From positions 24,924,001 through 24,988,000 of the forward strand of contig NC_082731.1 in the NCBI RefSeq assembly GCF_030144855.1: a stretch of 64,000 nucleotides of DNA, given 5' to 3'. Positions 40,423-54,345 of the stretch are shown here, piece after piece; the stretch's first letter is position 1, and each line of letters opens with the position of its first letter. Source of the stretch: Hypanus sabinus. Lineage: Eukaryota. The notes below the pieces were generated by a model that worked only from the letters and a program-made list of their open reading frames with translations, searched no databases and had not been told where the DNA came from. The translations under genes were made by a program, and so were the position numbers.

Positions 40423-42614
40423 TGTCATCGTCCGGTCCGTGAACTCCGCATTTCGATTCATGGTCCGTCCATCGTTCCTTATTCCAAGTTTTCCGGTTTT
40501 CCCTTTTTCTGTGGGGGGCTCTAATTAATGCATCTGATTCTCATTTTGGAATGGCTATACAAATAGCTGCTGCCTTCTGCTTCATTTGCAGGACTGTGCC
40601 CTTCCTTTCCCTTTAAATTCCACCTGAAGCATTTGCCTGAAGCCTAAGCCAGAAGCCGTGCCTGCAACTTCGCCTGCGTCCTTGTCTGCATCGCTGTCAA
40701 GTTCTACGCCGGAACCAGACCGGAGCATTGTTGTGTCTATATACTGAACTGTCTATCGTTGTTTGGAAAGGTCTCTGTGTCCACGCCTCCGCTAGGTATG
40801 TCCGGCCGTTTGCCGCTACCTTGTGTTAAGAACTGTCTCTCTGTTTTCTGTGCACGAGCCCCGTCCCTACGTCCTGCTCCCAAGGAGGGGACCTTACTCG
40901 GTGTCGAGCCTTAGCCACGAGTTCTGTTTGTAAGGAACCGTTCCAACACATGTGTTCCTTGTCTCTGTGCTCGTATTCTACGATGAACAAGGCTCTGTAT
41001 CCATGTTCTGCCAAGACAAAGTCTCTGTGATCTTGCTATGACAAGACGAAGTCTCTGGATTCTTGTACAGCCAACAACAAGCCTCTGTGTTCCTGTTCTG
41101 CCAGGACGAAGTGTCTGTGTTCCTATATTGCCATGACCAAGTCGCTATGTTTCCTGTTCTCCCAAGACAAAGCCAAGGCTTCGCGGTTTCGTCCTGTCCT
41201 TGTGCCTCGCCCAAACCAGGAGTACATTGTCCTGCCCAGTAAAGTCCTGAGGAATCTACGCCTCATGGATTACTGTAGTCACGTCATCTTTTCAGCTAGT
41301 TCTGTGGTCCGAGTCCGAGTTAAGAATCAGGTTCTGGGTTCTTGACCAGTCACCCGCTCGTAGTCCATACCACAAGGGTCGCCTGCAGCCAGGCCTCGAG
41401 GAACTCAAGCCATGACAATTCCTGAAGCCACGTCATGTCCTCGATAAGTTCCGGAGTCGGAGGTTGAATAAAGATGCAGGTTCTGGCTCCTTGTCCAGTC
41501 AATGGCTCGGAGTCCATGCCCAATCTTCTAGTTAACACTTCTTGTCCCAGTCCCTCTTTCCCAACCAATGTCCTAGCCCAAGTCTGTGTTCGTGTCCCAG
41601 CTCTAGTCCAGTCCAATTCCTAGTACTGCAATGTCTGTGTCTTGCATTTGGTTCGTTTCCCAACCCCTACCCTAAGACAGAAAAGTCCATCCAAGTATAG
41701 ACCTAGCGAGACAGACACCATCGTGTTACTCTCGCCGTCCTGGTTTCAGCATCATTTGTTGGACTCTTCCATTTCCTTCAACTTCGTCCTTCAGTCTTTG
41801 CCTTGGCTGCAACCTCGCCTGCGTCCTCGTCTGTATCTCTGTCACATTCTACCGCCGGAGCAAGACCGGAGCCTTGCTGTGTTTAAAAAAGGAAAATTAT
41901 ATCGATGTTTGAAACTGTCTCTGTGTCCACGCCTTCGCTAGGTAGGTCCGGCCGTTTTCCGCTACCTTATGTTGGGAACCGTCTCTGTGTCCGCGCCTTC
42001 ACTATGTCGGTCCGACCGTCTGCCGCTACATTGTGTTCAGAAAAATCTTTCTCTGCCCTGTGTTCGGAACCCGGCCCTAAGTCCTGCTCCCTATGAGTGG
42101 TTCTGTGTCTGTGTAAAACACCGGCACCAAGTGCTGTTCCCAAGGAATGGTCCCGGCTCTGTGTTCCATGTTTTTGTGTTCTTGTTCTTCCAAGACCAAA
42201 TCTCAGTATTCGTGTTCTGCCAAGACAATGTCTCTGGGTTTTCTGTTCCCCCAAGACCAATTCAAAACTTCGGGGCCTCGTCCTGCCCTTGCGCCTCGCC
42301 CATTTCAGGATTAGCTCGTCCTGCCAAAGAAAGACTCGAGGAATCCAAGCCTCGTCCAACACTGTAGCCACGTCATGCCCACGCCTAGTTACAATGTCCG
42401 AGCGCAAGTCAGGTCCCAAGTTCTTGGTCCCTATCCAGTCTTCGGAATCGGAATCCACGCCCAGGCTCCCAGTTCTTTGTTCGGGTCCCGGTTTACAAGC
42501 TATAATCCTTGTCCACGTCTGTGTTCTTTTCACAGCACTAGTCCAATCCAGTTCCCAGTAGTTCAGTGTCTTCGTCTTGCATTTGGCTCCGTTACTAAAA
42601 ACTACTCTATGACA
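40423..42614. mobile_element. LTR-like element with a ~1 kb internal direct duplication
   Basis: TGTCAT...ATGACA perfect terminal inverted hexamer; flanks ATCAT/ACCAT; 40660-41640 resembles 41800-42600. Confidence 0.65.
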
Positions 42615-43129
42615 ACCATACAATAACTACCAGCTTTATGCAGTTTTAGAGTCAGAAAATCACAAGTGATATTACATGCGGTTACATGTAGGACAATCCA
42701 AATCTAAAGTTGGGATACAATAACACAGGATAGACAAGCAAGAACAACTAATTTAACAGATGCAGCGATTCTAACTACACATAGCCTACAGAAATCAACA
42801 ACTAAAAAACACCAGAATTATGCTAAATTAAAGTAGGAAATTGAAAGTCATTTGAGCATGAATAGGTATTTATAGTCTCAATAGTAATATCTACAACTGG
42901 TTTCATCCAAAAGCATTGAACGACTAAGACCAATATCCATATAAGTCTTTAGAAAGCCACAATAGTAAGCACCACGAGAAAAGTTCGAAATTTGACAAAC
43001 TGAGAGTGAAGGGCATTTGGTTAAGCGTGCAGCTTACGCTTTACGAGCTTGAGCTGAGAAGAAAAGTAAAATAACTTGATATGTATACTAATAATATGGA
43101 GTTATATTATCATAATATTATTTACCGAG

Positions 43130-44200
43130 ACATCAACCGTCTCAATTTCACCACTCCTCTCTTCTGCTCCATCCTCACTTCCTCTGAACTCTCCGCTCTC
43201 TCCGCACTAACCCTAACATCACCATCAAACCCTTAAACAAAGGTGGTGCAGCTGTAGACTGAAGGACGGAACTCTGCCTCACTGAGGCCAAAGAGCAGCT
43301 CTTCGACCCGCCCTTCTTTCCTCACCCCAGGAACAACACCTCACCAAAAACATCAAACAATTGTCTCCCGTACCATCACTGCCATTATCAACTCCGGAGA
43401 CCTTCCATCCTCAGCCAAAAAAACTCAAAATTCCCACACCCCTATCTGCTAGGTTTTACCTCCTGCCCAATATCCACAAGCCTGATTCTCCTCGTATGCC
43501 TATAGGTTCGGCCTGCTCCTGCGCCACCGAACTTATATCTTCCTACCTGCACTCCATTTTGTCACCCATAGTTCAATCCCTCCCCGCCTACAACCGGGAT
43601 ACATCCCATGGCTTCCGTCTCTTCAATACCGTCCAGTTCCTCGTTTCCGACCGCGTCGTTTTCAGCATAAATGTCCAATTCTTATATTTCAATTCCCCGT
43701 GAAGAAGACTTCAAATCCCTCAGCTAGTTTTTGACATAGACCTCACCAGTTCGCCAACACCACAACACTCGTCCGGTTGGAGGAACTAGTTCTCACATTC
43801 AGTATACTTCTCTTACGGCTTTTCCCCACTTTCTTCATACCAAGGGTGTAGCTATGGGCAATAGCAGGAGCCACAGCTATGCCTGCCTCTATGTGGGTTT
43901 TGTGGAACAGTCTATGCTCGAAATTTATACTGGTACTGCTCCGCAACTTTTCCTCGCTACATTGACCACGACATTGGTGCTGCTTCCTGCACCAATGTTG
44001 AGCTAGTCTTCGCCGACTTTGCCTCTAACTTTCACCCCCCCCCCCCTCAAAATCACATGGTCCATCTTGGACACCACTCCACTTGTTCGAACTCTGAAGA
44101 CAGGCTCTTCACTGACATCCTCTATAAAACCATTGACACTCATAATAACGGCATTATACCTCGTTCCACCCTGCCAATTGTAAACATTTCATTCTGCAGT
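43130..44200 (+). mobile_element. Decayed Penelope-like retroelement
   Basis: ORF 43361..43702 (RFYLLPNIHKPDSPRMPIGSACSCATELISSYL) and GVAMG...YACLYVGFVEQ downstream. Confidence 0.8.
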
Positions 44201-44415
44201 GTACTTTATGTATCCTTAGTTGCAAAGTACCGGAGTGGAAAGCGAACCGTACCTATTGCTCATACAAGCTGATGCTTTCTCGCACAGCCGTTCAGCAATT
44301 TAACAAATCTGGAACAGCAACCGGCTGAGGTGTCTCTGTGCAGGTCTGAAAAAAGAACACCTTCCAAATTAGTCTATCTAGCCGTCATATCCATGTGACA
44401 CTCGGAGAGCAAACG

Positions 44416-44759
44416 ATACACTTCATATTGAAAGTCATGCTCTGCCTTGCCTTCGCTATGAGTACTGTTCACAACATTCCACAATACGCTCGTTAAATAT
44501 GAAACTGAACGGACAGATTCCGAATTTTCATGCAGTCACCGCATGAGCCGGCTTGAGTGTTTCACATCTAATGCCGTCTCGCTTCTCCTTATTCTTAATT
44601 CCTAGCCTTCTTTAGACAGTCCATGACCCAGAACTCGGCAACGGTGAAGAAAAGTGTATGCAAGTCTCTCATATTTACGACAACACCTCATATTTTTATA
44701 AAGCTGAATATAAATGTTGCGCACAAAGCTTGGAAAGAGATTCAGGCCGTACTCATGCA
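44416..44759 (+). pseudogene. NAR-TCR leader plus internally deleted V (cassette 4 remnant)
   Basis: Leader homolog 44416-44457 (ATG changed to ATA, donor GT changed to AT). Acceptor at 44604-44605. FFRQSMTQNSATVKKSVCKSL is fused directly to an FR3-end homolog (GACAACACCTCATATTTTTATAAAGCTGAATATAAAT). CACAAAG 44722-44728, 22 nt, degenerate nonamer. Confidence 0.8.
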
Positions 44760-44868
44760 CTAGCTGAACATTATTCCAGCAACATCTGAACCAGCGAAGA
44801 TAATCTGCTGGTAACTCTATGAAGTAGTTCGCCTGCGTTCCACACAGCCTAATTTGAAGTTGATGTCT

Positions 44869-45085
44869 TGTGGTACCGTACCTGGAAGTGTTGATTAGTA
44901 AACTAAGTAATATAGAACAATAAAATTAAAGTATGTAAAACACTCTAGCAATGATATATACAGGTGTGGAAATAGGAATCAAAACCAAGCTCTATCGATG
45001 CTAGGGATATATGAATAGTCTTAAGATGAAGCAGAGTTCAGTTCAGTTCTGTTTAAGTTGAATTACTTGCCGTTGTGATGTTGGT

Positions 45086-45137
<52 letters not shown>

Positions 45138-45901
45138 GAGAGGATCAGCTGCAGCAGGCAAAACTTCGGTTGTCTTCTTGTTCTGTTGCGCTGTTGAGTT
45201 CACACACTATGACCCACCAGTATCGGGCTAGAACTTTCTTCAGTGATGAGCCTGTCATCCAGGCGAGGATGGACACACTCACACAAGACCCCGCCTGTCT
45301 GCCTTCACACACTGTGAGCCTCTGATCGATTCCCCCGAATCGATCCTGCAAGCCCCCACCTTCGCGTGGGTGCACTATGATCTTTCAGTATCTCACTGGT
45401 GTGCCTGCTTGATGTGCCTGTCTGTCTCTTCGCAGACCTGCTTTTTATCATCACTTTCAGGGTACCAACGTCCATCAACTGGTCTCGCCTTGCTGTTTCA
45501 GCAACATCCTCACAAGCATGCAAAGTGAGTGTCCTTGGAGCAAAAGTAAATAATCAGCCATGGATCCACAACTTTAAATCTTTGTCTCTCTCTCTCTAAT
45601 TAGCAGCACAAGCAGTGTCCAAAAGCCAGTCGAATTCTCCCGACATTTCAAAGTGTTTGTCCACAGAAAATATGAACACTAGAGTTACCTAACTACATTC
45701 ACATCCAAATCATTACACAAATCGCAAAGTAAAGTTTAATGTCACAAATTGTGAGGATCTCCAAACAGTAACACAAGGGACATCGCTAAATCCTCAAATC
45801 CGGGCATAATAACTTCGATCTAATACCGCAGCTTGCCTTTCGACGGCAGGAGTATTCTGAACCCACTCTATCAAGTCCCGTGAATTCCATGTGTGGTTAC
45901 A
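44869..45901. mobile_element. LTR-like insertion containing (AG)n and (CT)n tracts
   Basis: TGTGGT...GGTTACA termini; interrupts V-D intergenic homology of cassette 4; no clear TSD. Confidence 0.45.
45086..45142. repeat. (AG)n microsatellite
   Basis: Visible run. Confidence 0.9.
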
Positions 45902-46089
45902 TTCGCGCTGAACGCCAGGAGGATTTCTGGTTCCTTCTGTTCTCCGGATGGTTGCATTTCTGTGCTGCTGATCACTGCACCTGATAAAAAAATGTTTTCG
46001 ACAGTGAATGATGAAGCAGCAAAATCATACAGAACAGCACATCGCGGGTTAAGAGCTCTCGAAGCTTTCATGACTTCCCTTTATTTCTA

Positions 46090-46657
46090 GTACGTCAAAA
46101 CCGTTGAACTCAGCCACACACAAGGATTAAATTCAAGATCAAATAGCCTGCATTGTCAAGAATTTCTTTACAAAATTTGCGTGCGAATGCCCTCTGCTCT
46201 GAATATTTATCTACTATATTGGTGCTGCTTCCTGCACTCATGCTGAGCTCGCCAATTTCTTCGACTTTGTCACTCTCTTTCACCCACCCCTCAAAATCAT
46301 TTGGTCCATCTCTGAAACTTCTCTCCACTTTCTCCATCTCAAAGTCTCAATCTCTGAAGAGAGACTGTCTACTGACATACTCTATAAACCCACTGAATCC
46401 CATAATAACTTCATCATACCTCGTACCACCCTGCCAATTGTAAAAATGTCATTCCCGATTCCCAGTTTCTCCATCTCCACCGCATCTGCTCCCGGGATGA
46501 GGCTTCCCGTTCCAGGACATCTCGAATGTTCTCTTTCTTTATGAATCCTGGTGCCTCTTCTGCCGTCATCAATAATGCCCTCACCAGCACCTTCTCCATT
46601 TCCCGCACTGCGGCCTCACTCCATCCGCCGGTCACCACAACAGGGACAATGTTCCTC
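46090..46657 (+). mobile_element. Penelope fragment split by an L1 insertion (continues ~52390-52500)
   Basis: ATTGGTGCTGCTTCCTGCACTCATGCTGAGCTC...CACAACAGGGACAATGTTCCTC, then TTGTATGCACCTACAACCCGACCAGTCTCC after the L1. Confidence 0.7.
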
Positions 46658-49600
46658 TTTATTTATTTATTGATTGGTTGATTTATTGGAAAATTACAAA
46701 GAATAAATGTGATGATAAAATAGTAAGAAAAAGAAAAATAATATTAATCCTCCCACTCCCCTTAACCCACCCCCCTTAACACTTATCTAAAGAAAGAAAA
46801 AAAAAGAAAGAAAGAAAGAAAATAAAATTTGCCTGGATATCGGAGGATCCCCATATTCTCCATGGATTTCAAGATGATTTTAATATTTATTTTTACTTTC
46901 CCCAATTACTTTATAGTTTTATCTTCAAAGGACCTATATATTTAATCCTATCTTTTGTAGGTATGGGAGCCAAAATTTCAAAAATATATCATATTCATTT
47001 CTTAGATTACATGTAATTTTTTCAAGTGGAATACAACTATATATTTCATTATTCCACGATCCATAGTTAAATATAAATCATATTTCAAAGTAACTACAAT
47101 AACTTTTTTGGCTACTGCCAATGCAATTTTTATAATTTTTTTTTCTGATACGTATTCAATTTAAGTTTCGAATTGTCCCTTCAATATCTCCCAATAAAAA
47201 TAAGATGGGACGATATCGGAGTTGTACTCCAGTAATATGCGCGAATAAAAGTCTTAGATTTATCCAAAATGGTTGAATTTTAAAACAAGGCAAAGTAAGA
47301 TATAAAAAAGTACCTATTTCTTGAGTACATCGAAAACATTGGTCAGACATATTTGAATTTACTCTATTTATTTTTTGGGGTTATATATAACTGATAAAAA
47401 ATTATATTGTATTAATCTGTCGAACATTTATTGTATTTATCATACTAACAGAACTTAATATTGACCGGATTTTTCCATCAATTTTAACATTCAAATCAGA
47501 TTCCCATTTTTGTCTCGATTTATGAATTCCTGATTTAATTGTCTGATTCGGAATCAAATTGTATATACAAGATATATTTTTGTTATTTTTCCTTTTTGAA
47601 TTAATATTTCTATTTCACTAGGTTTTGGCATCAACATTGTTTGACCCAGCTTTTCTCGTAAATACACATTTAATTGAAAATAACAGAAAAATGTATTGTT
47701 TGATATTTTATATTTATTTTTGAATTGATCAAACGACATCAATATACCTCCTTCAAAAGAATCACCTATATATTTAATACATTTTTGAACCAATTATGAA
47801 AAAAATATTATCCATTGTGAAAGGTATAAGCCGATTTTGAATTAAAGTTCTTTCAACTAATAAAAATGTCATTATCTCATCGTCCATGTTTACCTTATTC
47901 CATAAATCCATCAAGTGTCTTAATATAGGAGATTCTTTTCTTTCCCTTATCCATTTGGATTCCCATTTACATATAAAATCTTCTGGTATGTTTTTTCCTA
48001 TCTTATCTAATTCTGTTCTAATCCATGCCGATATTTCTTCATCAAAAAAGACAAAATAAATCTAAGTTGATTTGCTTTATAATAATTCTTAAAATTTGTA
48101 AGCTGTAACCCTCCTAAAAAAAAAAATACCTGTCAATTTTTCCAACGATATTGTTGTCATCTTTCCTTTCCAAAGATATTTCCTCACCTATTCATTCAGT
48201 TCTTGAAAAAACTTCTTAAATGATTGTATTGGTTAAGTTTGGAATAAATATTGCAATCAAAGAAATATATTAATTTTTATAGCATTAACTCTACCTATTA
48301 ATATTATTAGTAACATCATCTATTTATCAAGATCCTATTTTACTCTTTTTTAATAATGGCAAATAGTTTAGTATATATAATTTTTTACATCATTATCAAC
48401 TCTAATACCTAAATACTTTATCCAATTTATTGAACATCGAAATTGACTTACTAATCGACGTTGATTATAATTTCCTTTGGTAAGTTGTAAAATTTCACTT
48501 TTATCGCAGTTTACTTTATACCCTGATACTTTAACATATTCTTCCAATCTAACAGATAATCTTTGCAAAGATTGCAATGGGTTTGTTAAATAAATCAATA
48601 CATCATCAGCAAATAAATTAAATCTAAAGCCCCCAATGTCTGAATCTGTTCTAATTAATTCAGCTAATGATTCTATTGCCAATACAAATAAAGCATGTGA
48701 TAATGGGCAGCCTTGTCTCGTTGACCTCGTTAAGCAAAATGGTGTTGAAATCTGAACATTTGTAACTACTTTAGCTTGAGGATTAGTATTTAAGGTTTTA
48801 ATCCATTGTATAAAAGATTTCCCTAACTCATATTTTCCCAATACCTTAAATACACAATCCCATTCCAATCTATCAAATGCTTTTTTCTGCATCCAAAGCA
48901 ACTGCCACAACTATTTCCTCTCTTTTTTGTGCCAAATGAATTATACTAAGTAACCGGATAAATGTTATCCATTGATTTTCTGTTTTTAATAAAACTTATT
49001 TGATCCATATGTATTAATTTTGGTAAATATTTAAATATTCTATTAGATAAAATGTTTGCTATTATTTTATCATCTGTATTCAACAAAGAAATAGGCCTAT
49101 ATGATGTTCGTTTTAAAGAATCTCTATATATTTTGTCAATACAGTTGTGATTGCTGTTAAAAAAGATTGTGGGAGTTTATGCATTCTTTCCAATTGCTAT
49201 ATTAAATCCATAAAAGGAGGAATTAAAAAATCTTTTTTTATATAAATTTCAGGAGGAAAACCATCTTATCCTGGGGATTTATTACTCTGAAGTGATCCTA
49301 AAGCTACTTCAACGTCTTTTAATGTAAAGGGCATACCTAATCATTAAGGGCATAACTAAACATTTTTCTTCATCCAAATTTAATTTTGGAAGGGTTATTT
49401 GTGATAAAAAATAATCTATCTCAGCAATCTTATTTTGTGATTCTGATTGATATATTTCAGTATATATTTTTTTAAGTTTCATTAATTTCTGAAGGTATAT
49501 AAGTAACCTTATTTACTCTTGTTCTAATTGCATTTATTGTTTTAGAAGCCTGTTCTGTTTTCAACAGGCAAGCAAGAATCTTATGTGATCTTTTACCTAA

Positions 49601-52387
49601 TTCATAATATTTATGTTTAGTGCTCTTAACTACTTTATTTCTGTACGACATGTCTGGAGTATATTATGTTGCAATTTTTTATTAACAAGTTGTCTTCGTT
49701 TTTCTTCTGTCATATATCTTTGAGATTGTTTCCTAACTATATGATATCTTTTTCCAATTGATCTATTTCTACCATGTATTTCTTCTTAATCTTAGATGTA
49801 TAATTTATAACCTGACCCCTTAAATATGCTTTCATCGCTTCCCATAACACAATTTTATCCTCAACTGAATGTCAATTTGTATCCAAAAAATGAACCTGTT
49901 TTTTCATAAATTCACAAAAATCTTGACGTTTTAATAAAATTGAATTAAACCTCCATCTATAGATCGATTCCTCCTTAACCATTATTGTCATTGTCATTAT
50001 CAAGCGGTAATGATCTGACAGTATTCTTGCTTTATATTCCACTCATTTCACTCTATCCTGAATATTTTTGATATTAAAAAAATCAATCATTGAGTAAATT
50101 TTATGTCTATTTGAATAAAATGAATAATCACTTTCTCTTGGAGGAATTTTTCTCCATATATCAATCAGGTTTAAATCTTTCATTAATGATATAGTTAGCT
50201 TTATTACTTTGGATTTTGTAGCAACTTTTGTTGACATATCCAAAAGTGGATCGAAACAAAGAGTAAAGTCTCCAACAATTAAAATTTTATCATGTGCATT
50301 AGCCAAGTTCAAAAAAACTTCTTGTATGAATTTTGCATCATTTTCATTTGGTGCATAAATGTTCATAAGTGTCCATAATTCTGAAAAAAATGGACGATGT
50401 ATAATCACATATCTCCCCACAGAATTAATAACTATATTTTGTATATTAATTGGTAAAGTTTTATTAATCAAAATTGCAACACCTCGATTTTGAATTAAAT
50501 GAAGCTGCAATGACATTTCCAACACAATCTATCTTTAATGTCTTTTGTTCTGTTTCTGTTGAATCTGTTTCGTGTAAAGAAAAGCTATATCTCTTTTCAT
50601 TTTCTTCATATATGTTAAAATCCGTTATCTTTTAACAGGTTCATTAAGTCCATTAACATTAAAACTTAAAAGATTAAGTAAATTAATCATTCATAAACCC
50701 TTGGGAGCTCTTTAAAATTTTCCATGTTGCTATGAGTCTCTCCCTAACCATCCGGGCATAAAAGAAGAAAAATAGAAGAAAGGTAACTAATATACAAGAA
50801 AAAAAATATCAAAATACCCCCCACTAATGTTGCGAATAAACAAAACACAACATTACCTCCCCCCCATTTTACCGGTCATGGTAATCGCCATGATTGTACA
50901 CGGGAAACTGGCAGCCACCGATCAGGAGCTCCACCAGCTCCCCCGCAAAATAAAAAGAAAATATATTAGTGAAGAAAACAAGAAAATAATTAATGTCTCT
51001 ACTCCCAAATAATATCTCCTCAACTATTTTTTTTCCTTGTAAATATCCGTCAAGTTCAACCTTATTTCAGTCTTCATCATTAGTCCAGTTCATTTCTATA
51101 ATTCTTTACTCCTCTTCGTGGACATCAGGTAATATTGTACAAATTTCTCCGCTTTCCAGAAATCAACGAAAATTCTTCTTTCTTCGTTATCCAGGAAAAT
51201 TATCAATTTTTCTGGGCAGCTGAATCAAAATTGATAGCACTTTTCCCATAAAGTTTGTTTCACTGGATTAGATTTCTTCCGCCTCTTCAGAAAATCGTCA
51301 CATGCCTGGATAAAAAGAAAAAAAAAATCTTTTCCCTTCTATTATCAATGACCCATTTCTCTTTTTAGGACCTTGAGTAGTCGCCTTCAAGATCATTTCT
51401 TTACCTTGGTACGTTAAGCATTTTATCAAAATTGATCTTGGATTTTGATCTTGTTGAGGTCTTGGTCTTAAAGATCTGTGTGCTCTTACAATTTCAATTA
51501 CTTGGCTTCATTCTTTCGTTTCCAAAATTTTCGGAATCATTTCTTGAAAGAATTTTATTGGATTTTCTCCCTCTGTACATTCCATAAGACCAACAATTTT
51601 AATATTACTTATAATATTATTCAATATTATTGAAAACTAGAGTTTTCAAGCGCATCTATTTTTTCCAATATCCGTTTTCTTTCTAATTTCCAGGCAAGAT
51701 TATAGTCTTCTATCTTAGGCATTCTTTCAGTGTTTTCATCCAATTTGACTTCCATCTCTTTAACATTATTATCCATCTTCTTCTGTTTTTCCACAACATT
51801 ATCGAGTGCAATCTGCACACTTCTTTTATCTGTTCTTATTGCTTTTAATTCATTCATCATATATATCAGGATATCTTTTATGTCTCCTTTAATATCCTCC
51901 TCCTTTTCCTCTTCTTCTTCCTCTGTGTTTCCCTAAGAGTCTGATTCCACTTCAGATTCGCTTCCAATTTCACCTCCAGCCGTAGTTGGGATTTGTAGTT
52001 TTGTTAATATCTGTTCATGCATACTTGTTTCTTCGCGCATGCGTTGTTCTTGCCGTTTCTTCTTTGAGGCCGCCGACTTTGCTCCAGCTTCCTGTCCCGC
52101 ATCATCAGAAGTGCCATGCCCTTCGCCGTGAGGAGATCTAACTTGAGTACGAGGCTTGGCCGAGACGGTTAGGCCTTTATCCCCGCCGATTTGCGCAGTC
52201 TTCGAATTAGTAGCTTTCTTCCGTTTCGGTTTGGGAGCCATATCAAAAGATAATCCTGAGTTACTTATAAATAGTTTCTAGTTGATATTTGTTAACTCTT
52301 CTTCATTGAAACCCTATTTCATTACTTTTAACGAGGGAGCTGGATTCCCAACGTCTCGATCCTACGTCATCACGTGACGCCCCCATT
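46658..52387 (-). mobile_element. Near full-length L1/Tx1-clade LINE, frameshifted
   Basis: ORF1 pieces 51933..52241 and 51627..51860 (coiled coil); APE piece 50043..50525 (RGVAILI, TLMNIYAPN); RT piece 48368..48910 (KAFDRLEW, TRQGCPLS, LFADD); T-rich tail at 46658. Confidence 0.92.
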
Positions 52388-54157
52388 TTCAACTTGTATG
52401 CACCTACAACCCGACCAGTCTCCTGATCCAGCATTTTATCCCACTTTTATGGGAAAAGTGCACTTTCTTTCAGCCTTAAGATTTGTTTTAACATTTCAGT
52501 GTTTAATTATTATCTGTACACATTATTGAAAACGAGCATCCAGAAAATATTGCACACAAACAAACAAATACAAACACACATGCACGCACGTACACGCACA
52601 CACCCATCCGCACACATAAACAGGCACGTACACACATACTCAAATGCAAATAATGCAGACACACATGATATGCAAGGAACATTTATTTCCTTCAAAAACT
52701 AAGATTGGAAAGTCGTTGATTAACTTGTTGTGCATTAGACCCCAGAAGGCGTACAATAGCACTGATGAACAGAAATTAAAGACTGTTCAACAGGCTTATG
52801 AAATGATATTACTTTTCTGTATTAGGAAATGAAGGCGTCACGAAAACTTTACAATCAATAACACTAAAATACGCCTGAGAGTTTCTGTCTCGTATGTGTT
52901 CCTGTTCCAGCTTTCAACCGAAAAGTTACTTATTCCACTTCCTTGACTCAAAAACCGACAGTGGCTTGCAGGGAACGGAGCGTGACAGACTGGGTGATAC
53001 TGAAAGGGATAATTATATTATGAGAATGGGATACCGATGTCAGAGGAAATATAGGCTCTTTCGTTTCATTCTGTTACTCTGCGGGACCGCCTTGAAAATT
53101 TGTTGAAAAAAATGCAAATTCATCCGTACACTCAATTCTAATCTGAACACACAAAATAAATAAAGACAGTTTATGAAAAATGTTTGTAATTATGGAGGAC
53201 CGACAATATACTCGGACTAATACAGAAATATATAAGTTAAACTGCTTGTCATAGTTGGAACATCTGAGTGAGATTACTAACAGTTGTCTTTGTTGCTCAT
53301 GCGAGTGATGCTGTTGTCTGTATGGAAAAAAACATTTCGGCGAAATTAGTCTGGCTGCGTTCTTAGTTTATCGCACCCATGATGTCTCAAATAACGAGCA
53401 GAAAAGCCAACAAACTTTCAGGAGCTGTTTTTCACATACGCCATTTTTGCTTTGGACTCCTCCTAATTCTACAAACAAACTGATAGTCATGTGAATCCGC
53501 AAGCTCCTACCAACTCTATTCCTTGCTCTGTTTCTATTCTCGTCACCTCCGTAAAAATGTCCATGTCCTTAGTTTTTACTGGTAACGATCCAACGTCCAC
53601 CAACTTTTTCTAGGCCCAATGGACGACTGTTGTACCCTTGCTGCCATTTCAATTTCATCAACTTTGCCCTCATCTTCCGCAGCGGCCAACAAATTACCTA
53701 TTACATTTCTGAAACGTTCCTTGCCGTTCTCAATCTTTTTGACTCCATTCATGGAGATATCTGGTGAATATCTGCTGATAATCGTTACAAGCCTGATGAC
53801 ACTCACAGTTATCATGACGTGATTCTTTTTTTTCACCCTAGCACTGTAAAATAGTTCATTTCCTTTACACAGCTCCTCCTTTTTTTTATTTATTCAAAGG
53901 AGAATATAATATCCTATTGGCTTTAACACAGTAAGGGAGGAGCTTGAAAACAACTTGAATGGAAACGGAACCTCAGCTATTGTTCATTAAATCTGAAGCT
54001 TTCTAGCACACAGTGGTATTTCGGAAGCAGCGCGGCAATTGCACAACTCTAGAACAGCAACCAGAGACGGTGTCGCTGCCCTGTTCTGAAAAAAACAATC
54101 TGCCACAGCATTCTACATCTACGTCCAGAAAACGATCTGACAATCGGCCACGATACG

Positions 54158-54200
54158 ATGAACTTTCTCTTGAATGTCACGCTGTGCCTCTGCTTTCGCC
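54158..54200 (+). CDS. Leader exon, NAR-TCR cassette 3
   Basis: ATG 54158; MNFLLNVTLCLCFR+C; donor GTGAGT at 54201. Splices in phase to 54346 to give an 18-aa leader ending RVFC, the same length as IgNAR leaders. Confidence 0.85.
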
Positions 54201-54345
54201 GTGAGTACTGGTCACAACTTTCTGCAAAGTGCTAGCTCAATTTAAAACTGAAGAATATATTCAGAATTTCATGACTCATTGTATTAGCCGTCTTGCCTGT
54301 TTCACATTTAATTGCGCTTTGCTTCTCCATATCCTTATTTTCTAG

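Noticed and set aside
46000-46027. GACAGTG-12-GCAAAATCA as a possible D RSS for remnant 4
   Set aside because: Lacks the essential CAC, lies ~140 nt too close to the octamer homolog, and its flanks do not resemble the other D segments.
53489-53552. Hydrophobic leader-like stretch IRKLLPTLFLALFLFSSP
   Set aside because: The ATG is followed immediately by TGA, it lies in decayed Penelope-like sequence, and the real leader is at 54158.
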